DNA of 64,000 nt from a virus, in IMG/VR virus record IMGVR_UViG_3300042564_002302, positions 1 through 64,000 of that record, one strand, 5' to 3'. The position numbers were made by a program, and so were the translations under genes. This document shows positions 44,842 through 55,185 of this stretch, piece by piece. The notes below the pieces were generated by a model that was given only the letters and a program-made list of their open reading frames with translations, was not told the DNA's origin and searched no databases. How positions within the stretch are numbered: position 1 is the stretch's first letter; every line of letters starts with the position of its first letter.

Positions 44842-47800
44842 ATGGCAGAAATTCTAAATACAGAATTTAAAGCGACGGCAGATTTTGGTCAGTTAATTTC
44901 AGAGGCCAATCGTGCCGTTGCTGCTCTTTCTAAACTCAGAAACGAATCATCAAAAGGCAATATGAATATTGCTGCAGATTTTGCTGCAGCCAACAATCAA
45001 TTTAGACAGGCAGTTACATCAACTGGATTATTTACAGCATCCATGGTTGATGTTACCAGTAATACACAAAAGTTTGGAAAGTCTTTAGATCAAGGTAAGT
45101 TGAAACTAAAAGACTACTTTACAACTTGGCGTGATTATAGCAGAGGAACTGCTGGAGATATTAGAAAGCTTGCACAAGAGCAAGTTAGAATGCAACAGTC
45201 TGTTGTCCAGAGTCTTGGAAGAGACATGTCTGGTGCTTCAAAGGCAATGGTTATTACCCCTACTGGTATTGATGCAGTAGCGAATGCTGGAAGAATTGCT
45301 TCTCAAGAATTATCTATATATAACAAGGTTCTCAAAGATGGAGCTACGTCACTTATTAACTGGGGTAAGAATACACAGTGGGCTGGACGTCAGCTTACCG
45401 TAGGACTCACAGTACCTCTTACAATATTTGGAAAAGCTGCTGCAGATGCATTTAAGCAAGCAGATATGGAACTAACAAGACTTACAAAGGTTTACGGCGG
45501 AGCAGCTGGATCATCAGCAGAAGAGTTAGCAATGGTAAGAGACAATGTGTCAGCACTTGCTAGAGAGCTAGCACAAAACTATGGTGCTGCTTATAAAGAA
45601 ACTCTAGCTCTTTCAGCAGACATTGCAGCAACAGGTGCTGAAGGTGAAGCGCTTCTAGGTTCTATTGCAGAAACTACAAGACTTTCTACACTCGGTGAAA
45701 TTGATCGTCAAGAAGCTATGAAGGCAACTCTTGCACTTCAAACTGCATTCAACATGAATACAAAAGAGCTCTCTGAATCAATTAACTTTCTTAACGCAGT
45801 TGAAAACCAAACATCAACAACACTTTCAGATTTAGTTGAAGCAATTCCAAAAGCTGGCCCAGTCATTAGAGGTCTTGGTGGAGACATTGAAGATCTAGCG
45901 CTTCTTATAACAGCGATGAAGGAAGGTGGAATCGGAGCAGCAGAAGGTGCTAACGCACTAAAGTCAGGACTTGGTTCCCTTATTAATCCATCTAAAGCAG
46001 CATCACAGTATATGGCTGGATTTGGTATAAGCCTACAAGGTATTGTTGATAGCAATGCTGGTGACCTTATGGGAACAATTATGGATTTCAAGAAAGCGCT
46101 TGATACCTTAGATCCACTAGCAAAGCAGAAAGCAATCGAATCAATTTTTGGTAAGTATCAGTTTGCAAGAATCGGTGCACTGTTCGATAACATTGGTGAG
46201 CAAGGTAGCCAGACATTACAGGTAATGGATCTCATGAAATTATCTGCTACAGACCTAGGAACAATTGCTGATCGAGAATTAAAACTTCTAACAGAGTCTG
46301 CATCAGGTAGATACAGAAGAGCACTTGAAACATTTAAGGCATCCATATCACAAATTGGTGAGCCATTCTTAAAGGTAGCCGCAGGCCTTCTGGATGTTGG
46401 ATCTAAATTAATTAATATCTTTAATAGCCTTCCAAAGCCAATCAAGGCATTTGCTGCAGGGCTTGGAGTTATAACAGCAGTAATTGGACCAATGATTATG
46501 TTGGCTGGTGTATTTGCTAACTTCCTTGGATATGTTGTCAAGGGTATAGCAATGCTTACCAAGTTTGGTAATAAAGCAGAGTCATTTAAATTAGTAACAA
46601 CTGCCACAGTTGCAGCAGATCAAGTGGCAGACGCCTACACATCTTCATTATATAATCAAGAACAGGCTGCAAGCATTCTTAGAGCCGAATTAGAGCGTTT
46701 GGCAATGGCATATAGGGATATAGCTACTGCAGCCTCTATGCCCCCTCCAGGGGCTCCTGGTGGCGGAATTAGAGGTCCTGGTGGACCAGATAATAACGGC
46801 GGTGGGGGAACTCCTCCAATTATGGTTCCAACATCAACTGCCCCAGAGTTCCAAGACCTTACTGGAACTGTTGAGTCAATTAAGAATGACCCAGCAAAAG
46901 CAAAGTCAATGGAAGTATTTAGTAAGAGAATTAAGGCCTTAGAAGCAGAAGGTCTAAGTACAGCCAGAGCACAGACTGTAGCAATGGCCGAAGTTCAAGA
47001 CATGCTTATGGTTAGCACAGCAGGTGGAAATGCAACTGGATTTGCTACGGCAGTTCAGGGCGGATTTGCTGGATTTGAAAATGGAGTAGTTGGTGGATAT
47101 GGTGGAGACAGAATTGATCTTACATCTGCAAATGCTATGGATGCTCCAAATATTGCACATACAGACCCTGCTGGAAAAAGAAAGGGTGTTCAAACTCTTG
47201 CTCCAACAGTTCAATCAAAAGGTGCAAACGAAGCTTCAAAGAAGTTAAAGGCAGACCCATTTGAATACAATGGAAGAACTTATGATGCTGGACAATTAAG
47301 TATTTATACACCAGAAGAAATTGTAACAATGGGAGGCCAGGGAGTATATATGGGCTCTGGTGTATCTGGTGCATATAAAGCTGCCCCTCAATTTGATGTT
47401 GGAGAGACAGCAATAAGCAAGAAGAAAACTAAGATTGGTAAGCAGGTTGCACTGTTTAAAGAGAGATTTGTTGGTAGAGGATCAGAGCTATCTGCTACAA
47501 CTCCAGTTCCAGTTGCAATGCCAGCACCACAAACACCAGCTAATAAACGTAGTGCAATTGATGTTTATAATGACCCAAATACAGATCAGGCAACAAAGAA
47601 GTCAATTGATCGAAATAGAAAAAAGCAGGGCATGGCACCTCTAGGTGGAGTTGTAAATACACGTGGACTTGAAAAGGGAATGCGTTCTTCTTCAAAGTAT
47701 GCGGCACTATTTAATAATAAAATGATGGCATCTGTAGGAACAGTTGGTATGATTACAAGCATGCTTAACTCTATGACAGGAGTTCAGAACAGCTTAGTAA

Positions 47801-50412
47801 ACAACGCCGCTAACTTTGCAATGACACTAGGATATGGTTTGCCAGCAATTAAGTCTATGGGTAAAGGTCTTAAAGAAGGCGTTGGCCTTATGGCTAAGCA
47901 GGGTGGGCTTATGGGTAAAGTCGGTAAGGGTGTTCAGGGTGTAGGTCGTGGACTTATGGCCATGGGTCTTACTGGACCATGGGGAATGGCAGCAATTGCT
48001 GGAGTAGTTGCAATCGGTTTTGCAATTAAGTACATGAATCAAAAGCATCAAGAATATCTTCGCAAGACTAAAGCAGACATTAATGTATCTGATGCAGCAC
48101 TAAAGAAGTTTGGTGGAACAGCGCTAGATGCAACTAAGCCTTTTGAAAAGTTTGTTAAAGATGCACAGGCATTAGGCGAAAGATTAGGAAGCGCAAAGAG
48201 CGGAAAGAAAGACCTACTAGGTCTACCAACTAGAGAAGAGCTAGATGCAATATCTAAAGATGTAGACAAACTATTTGAAGATCAAATAAAGAGATTCAAG
48301 GATATAAAGAGTGGGTCAGAGGCAAATGCTCTAGCAAAGAATCTTAAGGCCACACTTGTTGCACAGGGTGTAGACACTAAGGATGCAGATAAGATTATTA
48401 TGTCAATTCTTGAAAAGGCTGGAAAGACACAATACTCAGTTCCAGTGTTTATGGAAATACAAGGAATTACAAATCAGGCAGACGCCTTAGATAGATTAAA
48501 GCGTGATGCATCTAAGTCATTTAAAGACATACAAGATTCACTTAAGTTAGACACTGGATATATTGATGAAGCTGCAACTGGAAGAGTTCTAGTTCAGATG
48601 GACAACCTTTCAGCAGCAGCAATTGCCTCAGTAAAGGACTTCAAGGATTTGGGTGGAGTAATGAATCTTCTTCCAGAAAATATGAAGAACCTAAGCTTTG
48701 AGCAGCTTAATGCTACTGTTAACGGAAAAGCATTTCTTAAAGAAATGGAAAAGTCAAATAAAGCACTATATGATGCTTTCAAGCAAGCAGGAAGTCTTGG
48801 CAATGCAGTTCAGTTTGCAGCAGCAAACGCTTTGGGATTAACTACAGCTCTTTCTGGTGTAGCTGGACAGCTAGATATTGTTTCTCAGCAGGCACAAGGT
48901 CAACTGACAGATCAGTTTATGGCATCATCTGGTGTTGAGAAATATTATAATGCAGCAATAAAGAAAGAAAATGCTGCAATTGCTAAGATTAGAGAAAGAA
49001 TTGCTGGGCTGGATAAATATACAGAGAATCAAATTAAGGCAATTGAAAAAAGAATTGATGCTGAGAATAAAGCATATGAAGCGCTACAAAAGCAAACAGA
49101 TGAAAGAAAGAGACAGCTTAAGCTGCAACAAGAATCAGAAAATTTTGCATTAACACTTTCTGGTAAAGAGCAGGAGAAGCAGTTTGCGCTATTGACTGGA
49201 AACAGACAAGAAGCTGCAATGATAGGTATTGATATTGAAAAGATGCTTCAGGATAGATCCGTTGATCTAGCCGAGAATGCCTTGGACGAAAAGGCAAAGG
49301 CCGATGAAGAGGCACACAAGAAGAAGCTAGAATTGCTTGATGCAGAAAAAGACAAGATAAAAGAACTTGGCGATGCTGAAAAGGAAAGAATAGCAGCAAC
49401 ACTTAATAAGCAAATTCAAGCCCATGAAAAGGTAATCGAAAACTTAAGAACCCAGATGGCAACTAAGCTACTAGAGGTAAAGAAGCTTATGATGGATGCC
49501 CTTTCTGGTGGAGAAATTGGCAAAGAAGCATGGGATAAGCTTCAGAAGATATTTAAAGATATGGGTGGAGATATGACTGTCTTAAAGACAGGCGTAGGAT
49601 CATTTATTAGTTCTATGACAAAAGACTTTATGAAGTTCTTCTCAGACTCACTGCAGATGATGCTTGGCACAAAATATACGGTTGATCAAGAGACTGGAGA
49701 TATTTATGCTACTAAAAAAGATAAGTCTGGTAAAGCTATTCGTGATAAGAATGGCGCCTTGGTTGCAGATAAGTCTGGAGGTGCCAGAGGAAATATTGGT
49801 GACCTTGGACTTCTGATAGCTGGAGGAAATCCTACTGGAAGCAAGGCTTTCTACTCTGTTCCAAAGAATGCAAAGTTCTCATCTGATTTTGGCGGAACAA
49901 GAGCCTACATGACATTTAGAGATGCACAAGGTATTACCAAAACTGATTCTATTATTGATTTCCCTGGCGGTGCAACAATAGATGAAGATGCCAAAGATAT
50001 GTACGACAAGTATATAGCAGATGGGTACACTTTTGTTGGCTATGGAAATAAAGGACAGTATGCCAATGGCGGACATGCAAAGAAATCTTACATGTCTATG
50101 GGAGCAAGAAAGTTTGCATATAATGGTGCTGCAATGCAAAGAGCATACTACAAGGATGCAAATGCCCAAGCCTACCTTGTAGGAGAAAAGGGTCCAGAGT
50201 TATTTATTCCTGATATGAATGGAAATGTTGTATCAAACAGAAGACTTGTTCAGGCGGTAAGAGATATGAGTGTAACTGGTGGAACTGGATCTAACTATAA
50301 TATTGTTGTTAATGTTACAAATCCTGGTGCAAGCGCAGACCAGATTGCTAATACAATTGCAGGCAGAATGAAGCTTGAGCAAATGAGAGTTGGGGAAAGT
50401 AGGTACGCATAA
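44842..50412 (+). CDS. tape measure protein
   Basis: 1856 aa Ala/Gly-rich helical protein with TP901-like core (AVENQT...L.EAIPKAG), hydrophobic segments and C-terminal LVGEKGPELF. Confidence 0.92.
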   Translation: MAEILNTEFKATADFGQLISEANRAVAALSKLRNESSKGNMNIAADFAAANNQFRQAVTSTGLFTASMVDVTSNTQKFGKSLDQGKLKLKDYFTTWRDYSRGTAGDIRKLAQEQVRMQQSVVQSLGRDMSGASKAMVITPTGIDAVANAGRIASQELSIYNKVLKDGATSLINWGKNTQWAGRQLTVGLTVPLTIFGKAAADAFKQADMELTRLTKVYGGAAGSSAEELAMVRDNVSALARELAQNYGAAYKETLALSADIAATGAEGEALLGSIAETTRLSTLGEIDRQEAMKATLALQTAFNMNTKELSESINFLNAVENQTSTTLSDLVEAIPKAGPVIRGLGGDIEDLALLITAMKEGGIGAAEGANALKSGLGSLINPSKAASQYMAGFGISLQGIVDSNAGDLMGTIMDFKKALDTLDPLAKQKAIESIFGKYQFARIGALFDNIGEQGSQTLQVMDLMKLSATDLGTIADRELKLLTESASGRYRRALETFKASISQIGEPFLKVAAGLLDVGSKLINIFNSLPKPIKAFAAGLGVITAVIGPMIMLAGVFANFLGYVVKGIAMLTKFGNKAESFKLVTTATVAADQVADAYTSSLYNQEQAASILRAELERLAMAYRDIATAASMPPPGAPGGGIRGPGGPDNNGGGGTPPIMVPTSTAPEFQDLTGTVESIKNDPAKAKSMEVFSKRIKALEAEGLSTARAQTVAMAEVQDMLMVSTAGGNATGFATAVQGGFAGFENGVVGGYGGDRIDLTSANAMDAPNIAHTDPAGKRKGVQTLAPTVQSKGANEASKKLKADPFEYNGRTYDAGQLSIYTPEEIVTMGGQGVYMGSGVSGAYKAAPQFDVGETAISKKKTKIGKQVALFKERFVGRGSELSATTPVPVAMPAPQTPANKRSAIDVYNDPNTDQATKKSIDRNRKKQGMAPLGGVVNTRGLEKGMRSSSKYAALFNNKMMASVGTVGMITSMLNSMTGVQNSLVNNAANFAMTLGYGLPAIKSMGKGLKEGVGLMAKQGGLMGKVGKGVQGVGRGLMAMGLTGPWGMAAIAGVVAIGFAIKYMNQKHQEYLRKTKADINVSDAALKKFGGTALDATKPFEKFVKDAQALGERLGSAKSGKKDLLGLPTREELDAISKDVDKLFEDQIKRFKDIKSGSEANALAKNLKATLVAQGVDTKDADKIIMSILEKAGKTQYSVPVFMEIQGITNQADALDRLKRDASKSFKDIQDSLKLDTGYIDEAATGRVLVQMDNLSAAAIASVKDFKDLGGVMNLLPENMKNLSFEQLNATVNGKAFLKEMEKSNKALYDAFKQAGSLGNAVQFAAANALGLTTALSGVAGQLDIVSQQAQGQLTDQFMASSGVEKYYNAAIKKENAAIAKIRERIAGLDKYTENQIKAIEKRIDAENKAYEALQKQTDERKRQLKLQQESENFALTLSGKEQEKQFALLTGNRQEAAMIGIDIEKMLQDRSVDLAENALDEKAKADEEAHKKKLELLDAEKDKIKELGDAEKERIAATLNKQIQAHEKVIENLRTQMATKLLEVKKLMMDALSGGEIGKEAWDKLQKIFKDMGGDMTVLKTGVGSFISSMTKDFMKFFSDSLQMMLGTKYTVDQETGDIYATKKDKSGKAIRDKNGALVADKSGGARGNIGDLGLLIAGGNPTGSKAFYSVPKNAKFSSDFGGTRAYMTFRDAQGITKTDSIIDFPGGATIDEDAKDMYDKYIADGYTFVGYGNKGQYANGGHAKKSYMSMGARKFAYNGAAMQRAYYKDANAQAYLVGEKGPELFIPDMNGNVVSNRRLVQAVRDMSVTGGTGSNYNIVVNVTNPGASADQIANTIAGRMKLEQMRVGESRYA

Positions 50413-50864
50413 TGGGAACAAATAATAACTTTAACTTAACTTTACCAAAGGGTTCCATCCTTGAAATCGAGGATGGCGGAGTATGGAAAAAAGTTACTGA
50501 GCATAACCGTCGTGAGCTCAGTATAGGAAACACCCGCATAGAAGAAACAAAAAGAATGGCTAACGGGACACTAAGAAAGCATTACGTTGCAGATAAATTG
50601 ACTTTCTCTCTTAGCTGGGACATGGTTCCAGGAAACTCTATCAATGCGGTAGAAGGTAGAAGTAGCGGTGTATGGGCTGTAGATAATCTAAAGACGTTTT
50701 ATTCGTCTGCTGCTGGAAGATCATCATTTAGAATACAAATTAAAAAAGCAGATTTATCCTATGAAGGTCCATACACCGTTATTTTTAAAGAATTCTCTCC
50801 AACAATAGTTAAAAGAGGAATTGACACATACTATAACTTGTCTATAGAACTTGAAGAGGTATAA
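50412..50864 (+). CDS. distal tail protein-like
   Basis: synteny after TMP; RMANGTLRK..VADK..FSLSW. Confidence 0.6.
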   Translation: MGTNNNFNLTLPKGSILEIEDGGVWKKVTEHNRRELSIGNTRIEETKRMANGTLRKHYVADKLTFSLSWDMVPGNSINAVEGRSSGVWAVDNLKTFYSSAAGRSSFRIQIKKADLSYEGPYTVIFKEFSPTIVKRGIDTYYNLSIELEEV

Positions 50865-53800
50865 TGCTAAGTACAACCCCAGCTCTATTAGATATCTTTA
50901 AGAAGAACACATCTATCAAGATTGTTCCCAAAGTCGTGCTTGAAAACAATATGAATTATATGGCTAAAAATATTGTTGTTACAAGTACTAATAAAACTGG
51001 TAACGCAACAGACGCAAACCTTGCAACACTATTTCCAGCCTCATCTGTCATTGAACTATTTAGACCATCAAAGCCTGGAATAAAGTATTCTCTTCAAGAA
51101 GCTTCTAAAGACAAGCTTAGCTCATACACATCAAAGACTACCCCAGCAGCAAGAGTTTATCTTGTAGGAAAGAACTCAAAGTATAAGTATTATGTAGCCA
51201 ATCAAGCTGGATCAATCAACATTAACTATGGCCAGAATATTCAGGCAAATAAATTTGTAATGAAGTTTGAAGTAAACCACACAAGACCAACAGTAAATAT
51301 CCAAGCTGGAACAACAGTTGTATTTAATGGTCAGGTTCCAGAAAGTGGAATTATAGAAAAGTGGTATAACGGAAGTGCTTGGCAAGATACTGATACATCT
51401 GCATCTAACACTAAACAAACATTTATAACACTTTCTTTGACAGCTACTAGCCCTGGGTTTATTGGAATTATTGAAATTTCACCACTACACGTAGTGGACA
51501 TGACCAATGTTGTTTCTGAGTTGTCAATAAAGAAAGATGATTCATCTTCATCAGATTTGCTTCCAGTTGGAATGATCACCTCTAACTCTATGTCTATGAG
51601 TTTGTTTGAAGATAAAACTTATGACGTAGTCCCATTTATAAAGGGCAATGCTATTGATACAACAAAGATTCAAATTGGAGTAAACTCTAAGTTTAAAGTT
51701 TCAGCAGTCGTGGACGACACAAATACAGTACAGCAGGGAATATTCTACGCAGTATCAGTTAACGAAGGCGAGTTTGGCTCATTTTCTGTAGACGCCCTTG
51801 ATGTTGCTAAGCACTTACAAGAAATGAAATGTCCAGAAATTTTAATTGATAATGCACCATTTCAGTCAGTTATATGGAGACTGCTTGACGCAGCTGGCTT
51901 TGTAGACTACGATTTTACAAACTGTCAAAATCAAATTCTTACAGTTAAGTACTGGTGGGGAGATGACAGCAAAACTGTATGGCAAGCTATTCAAGAACTA
52001 TGTAGAGAAACACAAACAGTCGCCTATGTTGACGAATATGGAAAATTAGTATTCTATGACAAGACTTTATTTTATAGTAATGCTAAGTCCGCATCATGGA
52101 CCTTTAGATATGCTGCAGATGGGGACAACAAACCAGATATTATTGGTCTTTCTAAAAAAGAAACACCAACATCAAACAACATTACGGTTAACTACTCAGT
52201 CCCAATGGTTAGCAGCCTTGAAAAAACATCTAATCCAGCATGGGATGAACAATCTCCATCTACTCTATACGCTGCTCCGTTCCAAGGTATTGTCTCAGAA
52301 GGTGGATCAGACTATATAAAGTACTCATTGCAGAATGTATTTTCTACAAGTATTCCAACAAGAATGAATTCTTATGTAATTATTGATCAGGAAGTTATTG
52401 AATATGAAGGCATCGAATTTTCATACCCATCAATTAAAGAGGAAGATGCAGCAGGAGTAGTTCAGACTGTTGCGGCTGGAAAGAAAGTTATTACAAACGA
52501 CAATGACTTTTTAGAAATGAGATCTAGGTACGGCAACACGCTTGTTGAAACTGGCAGATTAAAGATTAAGACCAGAGGCGTATTTGGAACAACATCAGCT
52601 ACACATAACTCAGACCCATCAGCATTTATATCTCCATGGTCAGCAAAACACTATAATCCTACCTCAAGTCCAGTTTATTCTAATGGCGTTACCTGGACTG
52701 TTGCTGAAACAGATGCAAAGTCCTTATTGTCAGGAAAGGGATCTGCTGGAGAAAATCTATCAGCACTGGTTATAAATAAAAATCCAGCTGGCAAGAAGAA
52801 TACATATACTGTTGCCTATAAAGCTATGGCTGGCACATATTCAACCTATACACAATATGGGACAAAGTTTGGATTCAAACTAGAAGAAAACGTATCTGGG
52901 CAAGAAGCAGGTATGATAATTAACTGGGATCCATCAACAAAAAGTGGATACCGTGTAAAGATAGTAAGTACTAAAACTGCAGCATCTGCAGGTACTAATG
53001 AACTTACTATACAAAAAATTGTAGGCGGTGTGCCTACTCAATTTAGCAAACCACTAGCAGTCAATGTATTTGAAAACAGATACTACCCTCTAGAAGTTGT
53101 GCTTGAAAAGCAGTCTGGTAAAAATATAATAACTGCATATGTTGGAGCTGGCAACAAATCAACGTGGGAAGATTCGGTATCACCATTACCAGATTCTGGA
53201 AACATAGCAGTGTATTCTGGATCACAGAGCACAGCGTACTTTGACTATATTTACGCAACCTCCCTTGTATCTGCAAATCCAGACTTCAGTGTTAACAGAA
53301 ATATATCGGCAATCAACCTGCTGTATAGTTTTGGTGGATACAACATGACCAACTTTAAGCAAGAAGCAGCAAGTAAAGATATTTATGAGTTTGGATCTGT
53401 TGCACGAGAGATGTATAAATATGATATTGCGTATTATATTAAACCTTCAATCCCACAGGTGGTTGCATCAACCAATCCCTACGTAGAGGCAATCGGCCTG
53501 AGACTTGGCGCATTTGGCGGAGAGTTCTTTTTGGTAAACACATCTAGCTCTACAGTTGAACTGGCTGGGGATAATGGTATAAAAACAATTGTTGTAGCAA
53601 AGAATATTAATAAGAGCGGACCAATGACAATTGAGAAAAAGCCAACTAGTGGGGACATAAGTCAGTCTATGAAGTTTGAAACATCATGGATACAGACCAA
53701 GGCATCGGCAGAGAGTCTTGCCACATGGCTACAAACACAATGGTCGAAGGCTACAGTAGATGTTGAGATGGAGTGCTTTGGTAATCCACTCTTTCAGATC

Positions 53801-53932
53801 GGAGATATAGTTTCAATTAATTATCCAGACAGAGGTTTTGATGGGTCTGGAAAATACGTTATTAGATCAATTAATCATTCATTCTCTACTGGGCTAAATA
53901 CGTCTCTAGTTCTAAGGTCAATTTTGGTATAA
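50864..53932 (+). CDS. tail tip / baseplate hub protein
   Basis: TVWQAIQELC...YVDEYGKLVF; C-terminal FGNPLFQIGDIVSINY. Confidence 0.7.
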   Translation: MLSTTPALLDIFKKNTSIKIVPKVVLENNMNYMAKNIVVTSTNKTGNATDANLATLFPASSVIELFRPSKPGIKYSLQEASKDKLSSYTSKTTPAARVYLVGKNSKYKYYVANQAGSININYGQNIQANKFVMKFEVNHTRPTVNIQAGTTVVFNGQVPESGIIEKWYNGSAWQDTDTSASNTKQTFITLSLTATSPGFIGIIEISPLHVVDMTNVVSELSIKKDDSSSSDLLPVGMITSNSMSMSLFEDKTYDVVPFIKGNAIDTTKIQIGVNSKFKVSAVVDDTNTVQQGIFYAVSVNEGEFGSFSVDALDVAKHLQEMKCPEILIDNAPFQSVIWRLLDAAGFVDYDFTNCQNQILTVKYWWGDDSKTVWQAIQELCRETQTVAYVDEYGKLVFYDKTLFYSNAKSASWTFRYAADGDNKPDIIGLSKKETPTSNNITVNYSVPMVSSLEKTSNPAWDEQSPSTLYAAPFQGIVSEGGSDYIKYSLQNVFSTSIPTRMNSYVIIDQEVIEYEGIEFSYPSIKEEDAAGVVQTVAAGKKVITNDNDFLEMRSRYGNTLVETGRLKIKTRGVFGTTSATHNSDPSAFISPWSAKHYNPTSSPVYSNGVTWTVAETDAKSLLSGKGSAGENLSALVINKNPAGKKNTYTVAYKAMAGTYSTYTQYGTKFGFKLEENVSGQEAGMIINWDPSTKSGYRVKIVSTKTAASAGTNELTIQKIVGGVPTQFSKPLAVNVFENRYYPLEVVLEKQSGKNIITAYVGAGNKSTWEDSVSPLPDSGNIAVYSGSQSTAYFDYIYATSLVSANPDFSVNRNISAINLLYSFGGYNMTNFKQEAASKDIYEFGSVAREMYKYDIAYYIKPSIPQVVASTNPYVEAIGLRLGAFGGEFFLVNTSSSTVELAGDNGIKTIVVAKNINKSGPMTIEKKPTSGDISQSMKFETSWIQTKASAESLATWLQTQWSKATVDVEMECFGNPLFQIGDIVSINYPDRGFDGSGKYVIRSINHSFSTGLNTSLVLRSILV

Positions 53933-53941
53933 TGGTATATA

Positions 53942-54358
53942 ATGGTTAAAAACATAATAACATCGTATGATGTATCAGAAAAAGAACCAATGTTGGCTGA
54001 CGCCAACAATGTTGCCGCACAACTTTTAGCTGCTAAGAATATTCGAGTTGGAGCTACTTCTGAAACACTAGGCTACGCAGTAAGACAGCCTGATGCAGAT
54101 GATACTACGCCAGATGAAGAGTCAGATGACGAGGCCTCTGGAGTTCCAGCCCCAAACATTTCCGATATCTTGGTTAAGAATTCGGCTGGATCTTATGTTC
54201 AGGTTCAGACTGGAGCACAGTATGGCAAGCTATACGTGGACGGAAAGACCAAGAAGGTCGAACTAGATTTTAAAGTTATGATTCCAGACGAGCTATTTCA
54301 GCTTGGAAAGGTATCAGTAGAAATACTATCAAAGAATGAGGTGCTGGCTACATTATGA
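53942..54358 (+). CDS. minor tail protein
   Basis: ORF track; synteny. Confidence 0.55.
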   Translation: MVKNIITSYDVSEKEPMLADANNVAAQLLAAKNIRVGATSETLGYAVRQPDADDTTPDEESDDEASGVPAPNISDILVKNSAGSYVQVQTGAQYGKLYVDGKTKKVELDFKVMIPDELFQLGKVSVEILSKNEVLATL

Positions 54359-55185
54359 TTACATCAATAGGTAAGAGATATATCCTTGACTATTTTGCCA
54401 ATAAAACAGCATCACGAACAAAATATATTGCAGTTGGTATAGGTAGCGATACAGCAAGTGTTAATGATATAAAGCTACATTTTGAGACTGGCAGATACCC
54501 AGTTATATCTACATCATTAGATTATGTTAATAGCCAAATCATCTATAAGGCTCAGTTGCCAGTAGATCTATATGCAAAGATATCAGAGCTTGGCCTGTAT
54601 CAAGATAGTGGTGCAAGTCCAACAATATACGATAGCAATGTTGTTTCATTTTTTGACAATGACGCAGAGTGGACAAATGGGACAATTGCCCCATCAGTTC
54701 AATCCAAGGTTGGAGAAAGCATGTTCTTTGTTCAAACTGGAAATGGATCATCGGTAACCACAGAGAAGACAAGAGACTTTGATTTTAGTGGATACTCTGG
54801 AAATGATAAAATTTCTGTAGCATTCTATCAAGATGCCAACCTATCTAATTTTAGATTGAGATTGCATACAACCAATACAGATTACTATTACTATGACTTT
54901 ACAGCAGAAGCTTCTGCTGGATATTATTTAAAAACTATAAGCATGTCAGATATTATTAATAATACTAATAAGCAGGGTAGCCCAACAACAGACTTTGAAA
55001 AGATATCTATAGTTGTTACCCCAGAGTCTGGCACAGTATCAGTGCTTCAATTAGATGCTCTGAGAATAGACGATATGGACATCTATACATACGATAAGGG
55101 AATTATTAGCAGATCAGTGATTACTCCAGTTACTAAAGAATTTGGTAGAGTTATGGATGTTGAATATCGTATGGAGATGTCATAA
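54355..55185 (+). CDS. baseplate/fibre-attachment protein
   Basis: MIT..GKRYI..YFA....YIAVGIG...L.FE..R...ISELGLY. Confidence 0.6.
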   Translation: MITSIGKRYILDYFANKTASRTKYIAVGIGSDTASVNDIKLHFETGRYPVISTSLDYVNSQIIYKAQLPVDLYAKISELGLYQDSGASPTIYDSNVVSFFDNDAEWTNGTIAPSVQSKVGESMFFVQTGNGSSVTTEKTRDFDFSGYSGNDKISVAFYQDANLSNFRLRLHTTNTDYYYYDFTAEASAGYYLKTISMSDIINNTNKQGSPTTDFEKISIVVTPESGTVSVLQLDALRIDDMDIYTYDKGIISRSVITPVTKEFGRVMDVEYRMEMS

